A stretch of 64,000 nt of DNA, from assembly GCA_965250285.1 (NCBI GenBank), contig OZ252299.1, positions 128,001 to 192,000 of the forward strand, given 5' to 3'. Every line of letters starts with the position of its first letter. The first letter of the stretch is position 1. The translations under genes were made by a program, and so were the position numbers. Positions 23,325 to 32,300 of this stretch are shown here, in pieces. The stretch is from Myxococcota bacterium. GTDB lineage: Bacteria > Myxococcota_A > UBA9160 > UBA4427. The notes beneath the pieces were generated by a model. That model was not told the origin of the DNA and ran no database searches. It saw only the letters and a list, made by a program, of their open reading frames with translations.

Positions 23325-23696
23325 ATGAAGGCACGAGTTCTGATCGCAGACGACGCTTCGTTCATGCGACAGATGATCCGCGAGATCATCGAGCCCGAAG
23401 GCTATGAGGTCGTGGGCGAGGCCACGAACGGGATCGAGGCCGTCGAGCAGTTCGAGTCGCTGCACCCCGACATCGTGACGATGGACATCGTGATGCCGAA
23501 GCGCTCGGGCATCGACGCCGTCAAGGGCATCCTCGCCCAGCACCCCGACGCCAAGATCGTGATGTGCTCGGCGCTGGGCCAGGAGACGCTCGTGATGGAG
23601 GCGCTCCAGGCCGGGGCGCGCGACTTCATCGTGAAGCCCTTCAAGCCCGACAGCGTAATCTCGACGCTCTCGAAGATCCTCGAGAAGGAGAGCTGA
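23325..23696 (+). CDS. cheY: CheY-like response regulator (DifD-like)
   Basis: IADD, TMDIVMP, MCSA, FIVKPF. Confidence 0.93.
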   Translation: MKARVLIADDASFMRQMIREIIEPEGYEVVGEATNGIEAVEQFESLHPDIVTMDIVMPKRSGIDAVKGILAQHPDAKIVMCSALGQETLVMEALQAGARDFIVKPFKPDSVISTLSKILEKES

Positions 23697-23699
23697 GAC

Positions 23700-24134
23700 T
23701 TGGCCCTCGACATGGCCAAGTATCACAAGCTCTTCCTCGAAGAGGCCGTCGATCATCTCGGCGAGATCAGCCATGCGCTGCTCGAGCTCGAGAAGGACAT
23801 GGCCTCGACGGAGAGCATCGACGTCATCTTTCGGATGGCGCACAGCATCAAGTCGATGGCCGCTTCGCTCGGCTTCGACTCGGTGACCGAGCTGTCGCAT
23901 CGCCTCGAAGACCGCATGCAGACCGTACGTGCCCGCGCTCGGGTCGCGGACGACGATGAGCTGTCGTTGCTCTTCAAGGGTCTCGAAGGTCTCGAAGCCA
24001 TGGTGGGCGCCATCCGCGACACGGGTGAAGCACCGCCGGGTGATCCGGCCCTGATGGAGGCGCTCTCGCAGCCTGCCGACGCAGCCGATGGCGGCGGCGC
24101 AGGAGACGCCCCCCCAAAAAAAGTCCTGAGCTGA
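23700..24134 (+). CDS. cheA: CheA P1 (Hpt) domain, 0-frame product ending just after the slippery site
   Basis: FLEEA..., IFRMAHSIKSMAASLG, SHRLED; ends PPKKVLS-stop. Confidence 0.85.
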   Translation: MALDMAKYHKLFLEEAVDHLGEISHALLELEKDMASTESIDVIFRMAHSIKSMAASLGFDSVTELSHRLEDRMQTVRARARVADDDELSLLFKGLEGLEAMVGAIRDTGEAPPGDPALMEALSQPADAADGGGAGDAPPKKVLS

Positions 24135-24165
24135 CCGGGCCCGAGGCGTCGCACCCGGTCGAAGC
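24101..24165 (+). promoter_or_regulatory. Candidate -1 frameshift cassette (SD-like, slippery C7A7, hairpin)
   Basis: AGGAG 24101-24105; in-phase C_CCA_AAA and A_AAA_AAA; GACCGGG (24133-24139) pairs with CCCGGTC (24154-24160). Confidence 0.6.
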
Positions 24166-25516
24166 AACCGAACCGACGCCCACGGACGAAGACCCGGCCG
24201 TCGCCGCGATTCGTGCAGCGATGGAGGCCGAATTGGCCGGCGCCGACGCGGGGGCGACGCCCGACGCGCCGCCCACCGAGCACGCCTCTGCGGCGCCGAC
24301 CGAAGCGCCGAGCGCTGCCGCGTCCGATGCGGCCGCGAGCGCTCAGCCGCCTCAGCCCACTGCTTCGCTCTCGCCCACCATTCGCGTGCGCACCGAGACC
24401 CTCGATCGGTTCCTCGGCAGCGTGGGGGAGGTGATCCTCAGCTCGAATCAGCTGCGCACCGCGGCCGGTCAGACCGAGGGCAGTGCACAGCTCTCGACGG
24501 GCCTCGACCAGGTCGAGCGCCGCGTGAGCGAGCTGCAGCGCCGCGTGCTCGATCTGCGCACGACACCGCTCACGCGCGTGACCGACCAGCTGCCGCGTAC
24601 GGCGCGCCAGATCGCAGAGCGGCTCGGCAAGAAGGTCGAGGTCGAGATCATCGGCGCCGAGCTCGAGCTCGATCGCTCGATCCTCGACCGTCTGAGCGAA
24701 CCGCTGCTTCACATGGTGCGCAACGCCGTCGACCACGGCATCGAGTCGATCGATACGCGCGTCGGTGCCGGCAAACCCGACACGGGTCGCATCACGATCG
24801 AGGCGCGCCGTCAGAAGGACGACATCCTCATCGACGTGAGCGACGACGGTGGCGGGATCGATCTCGAGGGCGTCAAGCGCCGCGCGATCGATGCCGGCCA
24901 CCTGCACCCCGACCTCGCCGACGACCTGCCAGCCGAAGAGATCGTGCCGCTCATCTTCCGGCCGGGGCTCTCGACGGCGGTCGAGGTCTCGGACGTGTCG
25001 GGCCGCGGCGTCGGCATGGACGCCGTGAAGGCGACGATCGAATCCCTCGGCGGCTCGGTCGAGCTGCGCACGCGCCTGGGTGTGGGCACCACGACGACGC
25101 TTCAGGTGCCGATCACCGCCGCGGTGCAGCGCGTGCTCGTCGTCGGCGTGGCCGACGAACGCGTCGCGCTGCCGATCAGCCGCGTCGAGCGCATTCTCGA
25201 GGTCGAGCCGGGCGCGATCGAAGACGCCGGCGGCGAGTGCTTCGTGCTCATCGACGACGACCCCGTGCTGGTGCTCGATCTCGGTGCGCGTCTGTCGATC
25301 GATTCGGGCCTCGAGAGCGACATCGCCATCCCGCTCGTGATGACGACGCTGCGGGGCGAGCGCGTCGCGCTCAAGGTCGACCGCTTCGTCGGCCAGCAGG
25401 AGATCTACGTGAAGTCGGTCCCCGGGTTGCTCTCGGGGCTTCGACAGCTGGCGGGGCTCACCCTGCTCGACGACGGCAGGCCGGTCTTCTTGATCGACCT
25501 GAACCACCTGGTCTGA
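24119..25516 (+). CDS. cheA: CheA linker, dimerisation, HATPase and CheW-like domains (DifE-like) in the -1 frame; open from the A7 run, first ATG at 24221
   Basis: TIRVRTETLDRF, HMVRNAVDHGIE, SDDGGG, FRPGLST, SGRGVGMD; no stop between 24119 and 24221 in this frame. Confidence 0.9.
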   Translation, partial: KSPELTGPEASHPVEATEPTPTDEDPAVAAIRAAMEAELAGADAGATPDAPPTEHASAAPTEAPSAAASDAAASAQPPQPTASLSPTIRVRTETLDRFLGSVGEVILSSNQLRTAAGQTEGSAQLSTGLDQVERRVSELQRRVLDLRTTPLTRVTDQLPRTARQIAERLGKKVEVEIIGAELELDRSILDRLSEPLLHMVRNAVDHGIESIDTRVGAGKPDTGRITIEARRQKDDILIDVSDDGGGIDLEGVKRRAIDAGHLHPDLADDLPAEEIVPLIFRPGLSTAVEVSDVSGRGVGMDAVKATIESLGGSVELRTRLGVGTTTTLQVPITAAVQRVLVVGVADERVALPISRVERILEVEPGAIEDAGGECFVLIDDDPVLVLDLGARLSIDSGLESDIAIPLVMTTLRGERVALKVDRFVGQQEIYVKSVPGLLSGLRQLAGLTLLDDGRPVFLIDLNHLV

Positions 25517-25527
25517 GGTTCGAGGCG

Positions 25528-26079
25528 ATGGACGCAGCCGAACTCGACAGAATGCAGGAGCTGACCAGCATCGGCGCCGGTCACGCCGCGAGCGCGTTTG
25601 CGCAGCTCACCGGTCAGCCCTTCTGGATGGGGTTGCCGCGCGTCGCCAAGGGTGAGGAAGGCGCCCTCGCGCCGCAGCTCGTCCTGGCGCGGCGCTGGTC
25701 GACGGGCGTGTTCTTCGAGCTCGACGGATGCCTCGACGCGCTGCTGGGGCTGCTCTTTCACGAGGACGCCAGCGAGGCGGTCGTGCGCCGCATCGTCGGC
25801 GTCGAAGAGGGCGAGATCGATCCGACCTGGATCGAGTCGGCGTTGATGGAGGTCGGGAACATCCTGGCCAGCCACGTCTCGAACGCGATCGCCGATACGC
25901 TCGGCGAGCGGCTGCTGCCCTCGATCCCGATCCTCGCGATGACCGAAGCGGAACGCGCACTGGCCCACGCCCTGCTCGACGGGCCGGGCATCGACACGTT
26001 GCGCGTCGAGTGCGAGCTGCGCGGCGGCGACGGCCAGCTGGGTGGGCTCGTCGTGCTCGTCCCGCGACAGGCCTGGTAG
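25528..26079 (+). CDS. cheC: CheC-family phosphatase (DifG-like)
   Basis: DRMQELTSIGAGHAA and SALMEVGNILA (S/D-x3-E-x2-N), PSIP. Confidence 0.85.
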   Translation: MDAAELDRMQELTSIGAGHAASAFAQLTGQPFWMGLPRVAKGEEGALAPQLVLARRWSTGVFFELDGCLDALLGLLFHEDASEAVVRRIVGVEEGEIDPTWIESALMEVGNILASHVSNAIADTLGERLLPSIPILAMTEAERALAHALLDGPGIDTLRVECELRGGDGQLGGLVVLVPRQAW

Positions 26080-26137
26080 GGGGGCGCCCGCGCGTCGAAC
26101 CGCGCCGCGTTTGCCTGTGTCATCTTCACGCCCTCCC

Positions 26138-26758
26138 ATGGGTGTGCGCGAGCAGAACAAGCAGGCGAGAAAGGACCGGATCCTCGCAGCGGCGGCCGAG
26201 CTGCTCGCGGAGGGCGGTGCCGAGGCGCTCACGATGCGTGAGCTCGCCTCCGCTGCCGGTCTCTCGGAGGCGACGCCCTACAACCTCTTTGGCTCGAAGG
26301 CGGGCGTCGTCGAAGCGCTCTTTCAAGCCGAGATGACGACGATCGTCGCGCGCAGCTTCGAACACACGCCGAGCGACCCGATCGAGCGCCTCTTCGTGAG
26401 CACCGAGATGCTCGCCGAGACCTGGGCCTCCGAGTCGGGCGTCTTTCGCGAGCTGATCCGCTGCGCGCGCGAGTCGGGGGCCGACCTCGCGCGCTTCTCC
26501 GAGCTGCCGACGTCGCTGCTGCGGGCCGGCCTGACCGACGCCCGGGCCGCTGGCGCGATCACCGATGCGGTGCCCCTCGCTGACGTCGCGCGCCACGTCT
26601 TCCTTTCGAACCAGGGCGCCTACGAGCCCTGGATCTCGGGCCAGACAGACGATGCGACGCTGCGGCGCGATCTCATCGTGGGGCTGTCGCTGTCGCTCCT
26701 GAGCGTCGCGACGCCGGAGACCCGCAAGCGCATCCTGGAGCGGCTCTCGACGGCCTGA
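26138..26758 (+). CDS. TetR/AcrR family regulator
   Basis: REQNKQARKDRILAAA...LTMRELASAAGLSEATPYNLFGSK. Confidence 0.9.
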   Translation: MGVREQNKQARKDRILAAAAELLAEGGAEALTMRELASAAGLSEATPYNLFGSKAGVVEALFQAEMTTIVARSFEHTPSDPIERLFVSTEMLAETWASESGVFRELIRCARESGADLARFSELPTSLLRAGLTDARAAGAITDAVPLADVARHVFLSNQGAYEPWISGQTDDATLRRDLIVGLSLSLLSVATPETRKRILERLSTA

Positions 26759-26795
26759 AGCCGATCCGAGTCAGCTGCTCGGTCCGTCCCGAGAG

Positions 26796-26819
26796 ATATT
26801 TATAACGTGCTATAAGTAT
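26796..26819. promoter_or_regulatory. AT-rich inverted repeat, putative operator/promoter of the Coq4-like gene
   Basis: ATATTTATA-ACGTGC-TATAAGTAT (1 mismatch) in a GC-rich background. Confidence 0.55.
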
Positions 26820-26856
26820 GTGAAACGGGCGGCCGCCGGCCGGGCCGTGGAGGGCG

Positions 26857-27588
26857 ATGATGCAACGCCGCGATGACCGTATCCGATGGGGCGACGCCCG
26901 CGCGGCACTCCGCTCGCTCCAGCGCGACCCCGAGCGGAGCGAGCTGGTCTTCGAGATTGTACGCGCGCTCTCGGGTCGACAGCAGCGGCGCATCGTCGAG
27001 CGCATTCGCCGCGACCCCGAAGGCGCGCGCATGCTGCGCCAACGACCGCACTTCGACGCCGATCACGTCGACCTCGCCGCGCTCGAGCGCCTGCCCCGCG
27101 GCACGTTCGGTCGCGCGTTCGCGCGTTGGATGAGCGAGCAGGCCTTCGAACCGGGAATGGAGGCGCGCGACTGGACCGGCGATGACGAGCTCGCCTATGT
27201 GGGGCGACGGCTGAGTCAGGTGCACGATCTGTGGCATGTGCTCTCGGGGTACAACCGTGATCCCCTCGGCGAGCTCGGCATGCTCGCCTTCAGCGTCGGG
27301 CAGACCGCGACACGCGGGTTCGTGTTCATTCTCTCGAACGTGGCGTGGCGCGCCGTGTGCAATCGCTGGCGAGACGACCGCCGGCTCGGCAGCCCCCTGC
27401 TGCCCTATCTGTGGCGCGCCTACCGCGCGGGTCGACGTGCTCGATATCTGCCGGCCCTCGTGCTCGAGGAGCGCTTCGGCATTTCGCTCGCCGACGTGCG
27501 CCGGGAGCTCGGGATCGAGCCGCTGACTGCGTCGTTCCACCCAGGTGCGCTGCCGCCGATCGGGTCGTCTCCCCTCGAGGTTGCCTGA
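26857..27588 (+). CDS. Coq4-family protein
   Basis: LERLPRGTFGRAF; HDLWHVLSGYNRDPLGE (HDxxH-x11-E). Confidence 0.8.
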   Translation: MMQRRDDRIRWGDARAALRSLQRDPERSELVFEIVRALSGRQQRRIVERIRRDPEGARMLRQRPHFDADHVDLAALERLPRGTFGRAFARWMSEQAFEPGMEARDWTGDDELAYVGRRLSQVHDLWHVLSGYNRDPLGELGMLAFSVGQTATRGFVFILSNVAWRAVCNRWRDDRRLGSPLLPYLWRAYRAGRRARYLPALVLEERFGISLADVRRELGIEPLTASFHPGALPPIGSSPLEVA

Positions 27589-27807
27589 GCGAGGGGCCTC
27601 GACGCGAATCAGGGGCGTTGATGCGCCCAAGGTCGGCGCGCGATCTCGCTCGCATCGACTCAGCTCTCGTTGCCGCTTGGATTGCGGGTCTGGGATTCGA
27701 AGCGGATGAATCTGCGCGTGGCGTGCCCGCGCGGTTGAGCGTCCGTTGGAAAAGCCGCGCGCGGCGGCCCTGGGCCGACTCTGATAGCTTCGCGGGCCGA
27801 GGTTCTC

Positions 27808-28560
27808 ATGGGTCCGGATCGACTCAAAGCGCTGCTCGAGGCCGTTCAGGCCGGCGAGGTCGACGTCGCCTCGGCGGTGGGTGAGCTCTCGCGACTGCAC
27901 GTCGTCGAGACGCCGGGCGCGCGCGTCGATACGCATCGGGCGCTTCGGCAGGGCATTCCCGAGGTCGTATTCGGCCAGGGGAAGAGCGCCGACCAGATCG
28001 TCGACGTGATCCGCGCCCTCGAAGACGTCGGTCAGCCGGTGCTCGTGACGCGCGTCGGCCGCGAGCTGGCCGAGGCCGTGCTCGAGAAGGCGCCCGAGGG
28101 TGTCTACGAGGCCGAGGCGCGTCTGCTCTGGTACGGGCCCGACGCGCCCGAGAACCAGGGGCGCGGTGTGATTGGCGTGATCTCGGCGGGCTCGTCGGAT
28201 CGTCCCGTCGCCTTCGAGGCGGCGCGCGTGGCCCACTACTTCGGCAACGAAGTCGACGTGATCGAAGACGTGGGTGTGGCCGGCCTGCACCGCATTCTCT
28301 CGGTGCAGGATCGACTGCGGGCCGCTCGCGTGCTGATCGTGGTCGCGGGCATGGAGGGCGCGCTGCCCGCCGTGGTGGGTGGCCTCGTGGACAAGCCGGT
28401 GATCGCGGTGCCGACCAGCATCGGCTACGGCGCAGCCCTCGGCGGTCTGACCGCGCTGCTCGGCATGCTGACGAGCTGTGCTTCGAACGTGACGGTCGTC
28501 AACATCGACAACGGATTCGGGGCCGCGCATGTCGCGACGCTCATCAACCGCCTCGCGTAG
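27808..28560 (+). CDS. larB: Nickel-pincer cofactor biosynthesis protein LarB
   Basis: DTHRALRQGIPEVVFGQGK, DVGVAGLHR, VAGMEGALP, PTSIGYG, VVNIDNGFGAA. Confidence 0.93.
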   Translation: MGPDRLKALLEAVQAGEVDVASAVGELSRLHVVETPGARVDTHRALRQGIPEVVFGQGKSADQIVDVIRALEDVGQPVLVTRVGRELAEAVLEKAPEGVYEAEARLLWYGPDAPENQGRGVIGVISAGSSDRPVAFEAARVAHYFGNEVDVIEDVGVAGLHRILSVQDRLRAARVLIVVAGMEGALPAVVGGLVDKPVIAVPTSIGYGAALGGLTALLGMLTSCASNVTVVNIDNGFGAAHVATLINRLA

Positions 28561-28561
28561 C

Positions 28562-29905
28562 GTGGGGTCGAACGGCGTCGCGCCCGCGCGTCCGCTGCAC
28601 CTCGACGCTTCGGCGGGGATGGCGGGCAACATGTTTCTGGGGGCGCTGCTCGATGCGGGCCTCTCGCGCAAGGCGCTCGACGCCGAACTCGCAGCGCTGC
28701 CCCTCGAGTTTCGAATCAAGGTGTCGCGCGTCGAGCGGGGCGGCTTCGCCGCCCGCTACGTCGACGTGGTGATCCCGGGACAGAAGCGTCGCAAGCGCAA
28801 GCAGAAGCCGAAGCGCGACCCCGATCCTGCGTCTTCGCACTCGCACTCGCACTCGCATGAACACACCGATGACGGGCATGCGCACGATCACGCGCACGAC
28901 GAGCACCATCTGAGCCCCCACGGCCATGGTCGCACGTGGCGCGAGATCGAGAAGCTGCTCGGCCGCACGAAGCTGCGGCCGACGGTGCGCGACAAGGCGC
29001 TCGGCATCTTCGAGGGGCTCGCGCGCGCCGAGGCGAGCGTGCACGGCCGGACGCTCGAAACCGTGCACTTTCACGAGGTCGGGATGGTCGACGCCATCGT
29101 CGACGTCACGGCGGCGGCGGCTGGGCTCGAGCTGATGGGGATCGGGCGCGTCACCTGCTCGCCCGTCGGCGTCGGACACGGCTTCGTCGATACCGCGCAC
29201 GGCCGGCTATCGGTGCCGACACCGGCGACCCTCGCGCTGCTCGAGGGCATCCCCACGCAACCGATCGACGTTGCCTGGGAGACGATCACACCGACGGGTG
29301 CAGCGATCCTGCGCGAGCTCGTCGACAGCTTCGTGCCGTGGCCCGGCCTCGTCATGGAGCGGGTCGGGATCGGTGCGGGCCGAGACCGGCCCGGTGCGAC
29401 GCCGAACGTCGTGCGGGCCATCGTCGGCGCCCCGAGTGCGGGTGTGTCGACCGATCGCATCGTGGTGATCGAGACCAACATCGACGATCTCGTGCCCGAG
29501 CACTTCGACTACGCCCTCGAACGCCTCATGGCCGCCGGTGCGGTGGACGTCTCGATCCAACACGTCCAGATGAAGAAGAACCGACCGGGCTTCTTGTTGC
29601 GTGTGCTCTGCCCTCCTGCTGCACGCGACGCGGTGGCCCACACCCTCTTCGCCGAGACCAGCGCGATCGGCCTGCGTCATCAGGAATGGGATCGCATCGT
29701 GCTCGAGCGCACGGTCCGTCGCGTCGATACGCCTTGGGGTCGGATCCGGGTCAAGGAGGTCCGTGCGCCCGACGGGTCGCCGAGCTTCAGCCCCGAGTAC
29801 GACGACTGCCGCAAGGCGGCGAAGAAGTCGGGTGTCGCGTTGCGTGAGATCGTTCGTGAGGCCGAGGCACGTGCGCGTGAGGCGTTCGGGAGAGGGGCGG
29901 CATGA
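28562..29905 (+). CDS. larC: Nickel insertion protein LarC (single ORF)
   Basis: AGMAGNMFLGAL, His-rich tract, HFHEVGMVD, ETNIDD, MKKNRPG, PEYDDC; start GTG 28562 estimated. Confidence 0.92.
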   Translation: MGSNGVAPARPLHLDASAGMAGNMFLGALLDAGLSRKALDAELAALPLEFRIKVSRVERGGFAARYVDVVIPGQKRRKRKQKPKRDPDPASSHSHSHSHEHTDDGHAHDHAHDEHHLSPHGHGRTWREIEKLLGRTKLRPTVRDKALGIFEGLARAEASVHGRTLETVHFHEVGMVDAIVDVTAAAAGLELMGIGRVTCSPVGVGHGFVDTAHGRLSVPTPATLALLEGIPTQPIDVAWETITPTGAAILRELVDSFVPWPGLVMERVGIGAGRDRPGATPNVVRAIVGAPSAGVSTDRIVVIETNIDDLVPEHFDYALERLMAAGAVDVSIQHVQMKKNRPGFLLRVLCPPAARDAVAHTLFAETSAIGLRHQEWDRIVLERTVRRVDTPWGRIRVKEVRAPDGSPSFSPEYDDCRKAAKKSGVALREIVREAEARAREAFGRGAA

Positions 29906-29945
29906 GCGACGGAGCCGTTCGGCGGATCGACGAGAGGGGGCCTGC

Positions 29946-30701
29946 ATGAGCGATGCCGTCGATGCAACGCCTTTCGATCTGGGTCCGAAGGATTCGCCGA
30001 CGGGCGTGCTGCTGATTCACGGGCTGTCCGGGACCCCGTACGAGGTGCGGCCCGTGGCCGATGCGCTCGCCCTCGAAGGTGTGCGGGCCCAGGGCATCGC
30101 ACTGCCAGGGCACTGCACGAGCGCCGAGGATCTCGCGCGCACGCCATACGCGGCCTGGGTCGATGCCGCCCGTGTCGCGCTCGAGGATCTGCGGGATCGG
30201 CACGACCGCGTCGCGCTGGTCGGCATGTCGATGGGGGGGGTCGTGTCGCTGCGCCTCGCCCAGGAGCAGCCGCTCGATGCGATCGTGACGATCGGTGCGC
30301 CCCTCTGGCTCGATGCGCCGATTCGCTGGTTCGTCCCGATCGTCAAGCACTTCATGCCGATGCTCGAGAAGCGCGACGGCTCGGACATCCGCGACGCCGC
30401 CGCGCGGGCGCGCCATCCCGGGTACAAGGTGATGCCGCTCGCGGCCGTCCATGAGCTGCTCAAGCTGCAGAGTGACGTCGCGCCCGGGTTGGGTCGGATC
30501 GAGGCACCGATCCTCGTCGCCCACGGGGCGCACGACCGCACCGCCAACCCGAAGAACGCCCAGCAGATCCACGATGGGGTCTCGAGTGACGTGCGCGCAC
30601 TCGAGATGTACGACGACTCGGGGCACGTCGTGCCGGTCGATCACGACGGGGCGGCGCTCTCGAAGCGCGCGACAGAGTTTCTCGTCGATACCCTGCGTTG
30701 A
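29946..30701 (+). CDS. Carboxylesterase / monoacylglycerol lipase-like alpha/beta hydrolase
   Basis: LLIHGLSGTP, GMSMGG nucleophile motif, HD, SGHV. Confidence 0.85.
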   Translation: MSDAVDATPFDLGPKDSPTGVLLIHGLSGTPYEVRPVADALALEGVRAQGIALPGHCTSAEDLARTPYAAWVDAARVALEDLRDRHDRVALVGMSMGGVVSLRLAQEQPLDAIVTIGAPLWLDAPIRWFVPIVKHFMPMLEKRDGSDIRDAAARARHPGYKVMPLAAVHELLKLQSDVAPGLGRIEAPILVAHGAHDRTANPKNAQQIHDGVSSDVRALEMYDDSGHVVPVDHDGAALSKRATEFLVDTLR

Positions 30702-30726
30702 CGGGCGCCCGACGGGCGGCGGCGCG

Positions 30727-32112
30727 CTAGGCGTGAGCGAAGTCGCTGGGTGCGATGCCGCGCAGGTACTGCAGCAGCACGGGCTCGTGGCCCGAATCGA
30801 ATGCCTGGAATCGCACACCCATGCCCGGCGCGATCGTGCCCGACGCCTCGCGGTGGTAGAGCACCTGGGCCTCGAACGAGATCGAGCGGCCGAGCTCGGG
30901 CAGCGTCATCCGACAGTCGTGGAGGCTGTCGAGCGGCAGCGGGTTGGCGGTCGTGAGGAACAGCCCGCCGCGGCCGAGGGCCGTCGCCATGCTGCCCTGA
31001 CTCGTACCGCCGAGCTGAATCGGCAGCCGGCTCTCGTAGCGCGTGAAGCGCCGCCGTCGCGGCTCGCGAATCAAGTGCTCGATGCGCTGCTCGATGCGCC
31101 GCACGTCGACGGGGTGAACGAGGTAGCCGGCTGCGCCCACTCGCTGGGCCACCTCGCGGCGCCCTTCGTGTCGCGCGGTGTCGACGATGACGACGGGGAT
31201 CTCTTCGACGCCATAGACCTGGCGCAGCGAGAGCACGAAGTCGCTGCCCTCGGAACGACCCAATCTGGCGTCGCAGAGCGCGAGTTCGGGCGAGACGCGG
31301 TCGTAGAGCGCGATGCCCTCCTGCTCGCTGTGGGCGACGTGCACCTCGTAGCCACGCAGGCGCAGCGACTCGATCGTGCTGCGATCGGCTGCGAGCTTCG
31401 GGCCGACCATCAGCACCGGCATCCGGCGACGCGTGTTCAGGGTCGTCGTGAAACGCGGCTCGGCGGCCGGGGCCTCTCCGATGTTCAGCCGTCGTTCCTC
31501 TTCGAGTCGGCGCTCGATGCGGGCGAGCTCCTCCATGCGCGTCGACAGCGCCATCTGGAGCTCGAGGGCCGTGCGGGTCGTGCGGTCGATGCGCGGGGCG
31601 CGGTCTTCGAGGCGCTGCAGCGGCACGCCCGCGAGCGGGCCGGCGCTGGGCAGAATGGCGCGCGCGCGGTCGGCGAGCGTGGCTTTGACGGTGGGGGGAT
31701 CGATCGGAAGCTGGAGCACCGAGCCCTGCTCGGCCGACTCGCAGAGCGTGCCGATGCGGCGAAGCCACTGGCGCGTCGAGTCGAGCTCGCGCACGTGCTG
31801 CTTCCAGGTCAGATGGATCCGAGCCTCGATCGTCGTGACGTCGCGGCAATCGGCGATCCGGATCTGCGGCAGCTGAAAGAGTGCGCGCGGCTGGAGGCAC
31901 TTGATCTTGTCGGGGCCGATGGTCGCGAAGAGCACGTGATCGATCTCGATCGACTCGTCGAGGCCTACGAACGTCTTCGACTGCAATCGAAGGCGCGCGA
32001 GCACCGAACGTCCGCCCGGCACGAGCTCGGCCTGAATGCCCATCGCATTCAAGCGACTGAGAAGCTGAGGATTGTCGGTCTTGGGATCGAAAGGCGGCAC
32101 GACAGCAGACAT
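30727..32112 (-). CDS. Unknown N-terminal domain plus atypical receiver domain plus PilZ domain
   Basis: GYEVHVAHS..PELALCD..AAGYLVHP; RRRFTR, LGRGGLFL, GMGVRF. Confidence 0.75.
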   Translation of the reverse strand: MSAVVPPFDPKTDNPQLLSRLNAMGIQAELVPGGRSVLARLRLQSKTFVGLDESIEIDHVLFATIGPDKIKCLQPRALFQLPQIRIADCRDVTTIEARIHLTWKQHVRELDSTRQWLRRIGTLCESAEQGSVLQLPIDPPTVKATLADRARAILPSAGPLAGVPLQRLEDRAPRIDRTTRTALELQMALSTRMEELARIERRLEEERRLNIGEAPAAEPRFTTTLNTRRRMPVLMVGPKLAADRSTIESLRLRGYEVHVAHSEQEGIALYDRVSPELALCDARLGRSEGSDFVLSLRQVYGVEEIPVVIVDTARHEGRREVAQRVGAAGYLVHPVDVRRIEQRIEHLIREPRRRRFTRYESRLPIQLGGTSQGSMATALGRGGLFLTTANPLPLDSLHDCRMTLPELGRSISFEAQVLYHREASGTIAPGMGVRFQAFDSGHEPVLLQYLRGIAPSDFAHA

Positions 32113-32151
32113 CTCGGCAAGTCCGCGGAAGCGGACGGGAAATCAAACTGC

Positions 32152-32179
32152 TCATCGGAAGTCGGCCGGCGCCGCTTGA
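32152..32179 (-). promoter_or_regulatory. Putative sigma28-type promoter of the receiver-PilZ gene
   Basis: Minus strand TCAAG-N15-TCCGATGA, 40 nt upstream of the ATG. Confidence 0.4.
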
Positions 32180-32300
32180 TCCCGTGTGCGTGTGGACGGC
32201 ACACATTCCGGTACGATTGACCGCGATCATTCCAATCGGGCGCGAACCCGTCCGGCGCCGAGGCTGTGCCTGCGCCAGGATCGCGCTGAGGAGGGCACGC

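Noticed and set aside
23700..25516. Calling cheA a pseudogene
   Set aside because: Both halves keep all catalytic motifs, the rest of the operon is intact, and the single break sits at a slippery site; recoding or sequencing error is more likely
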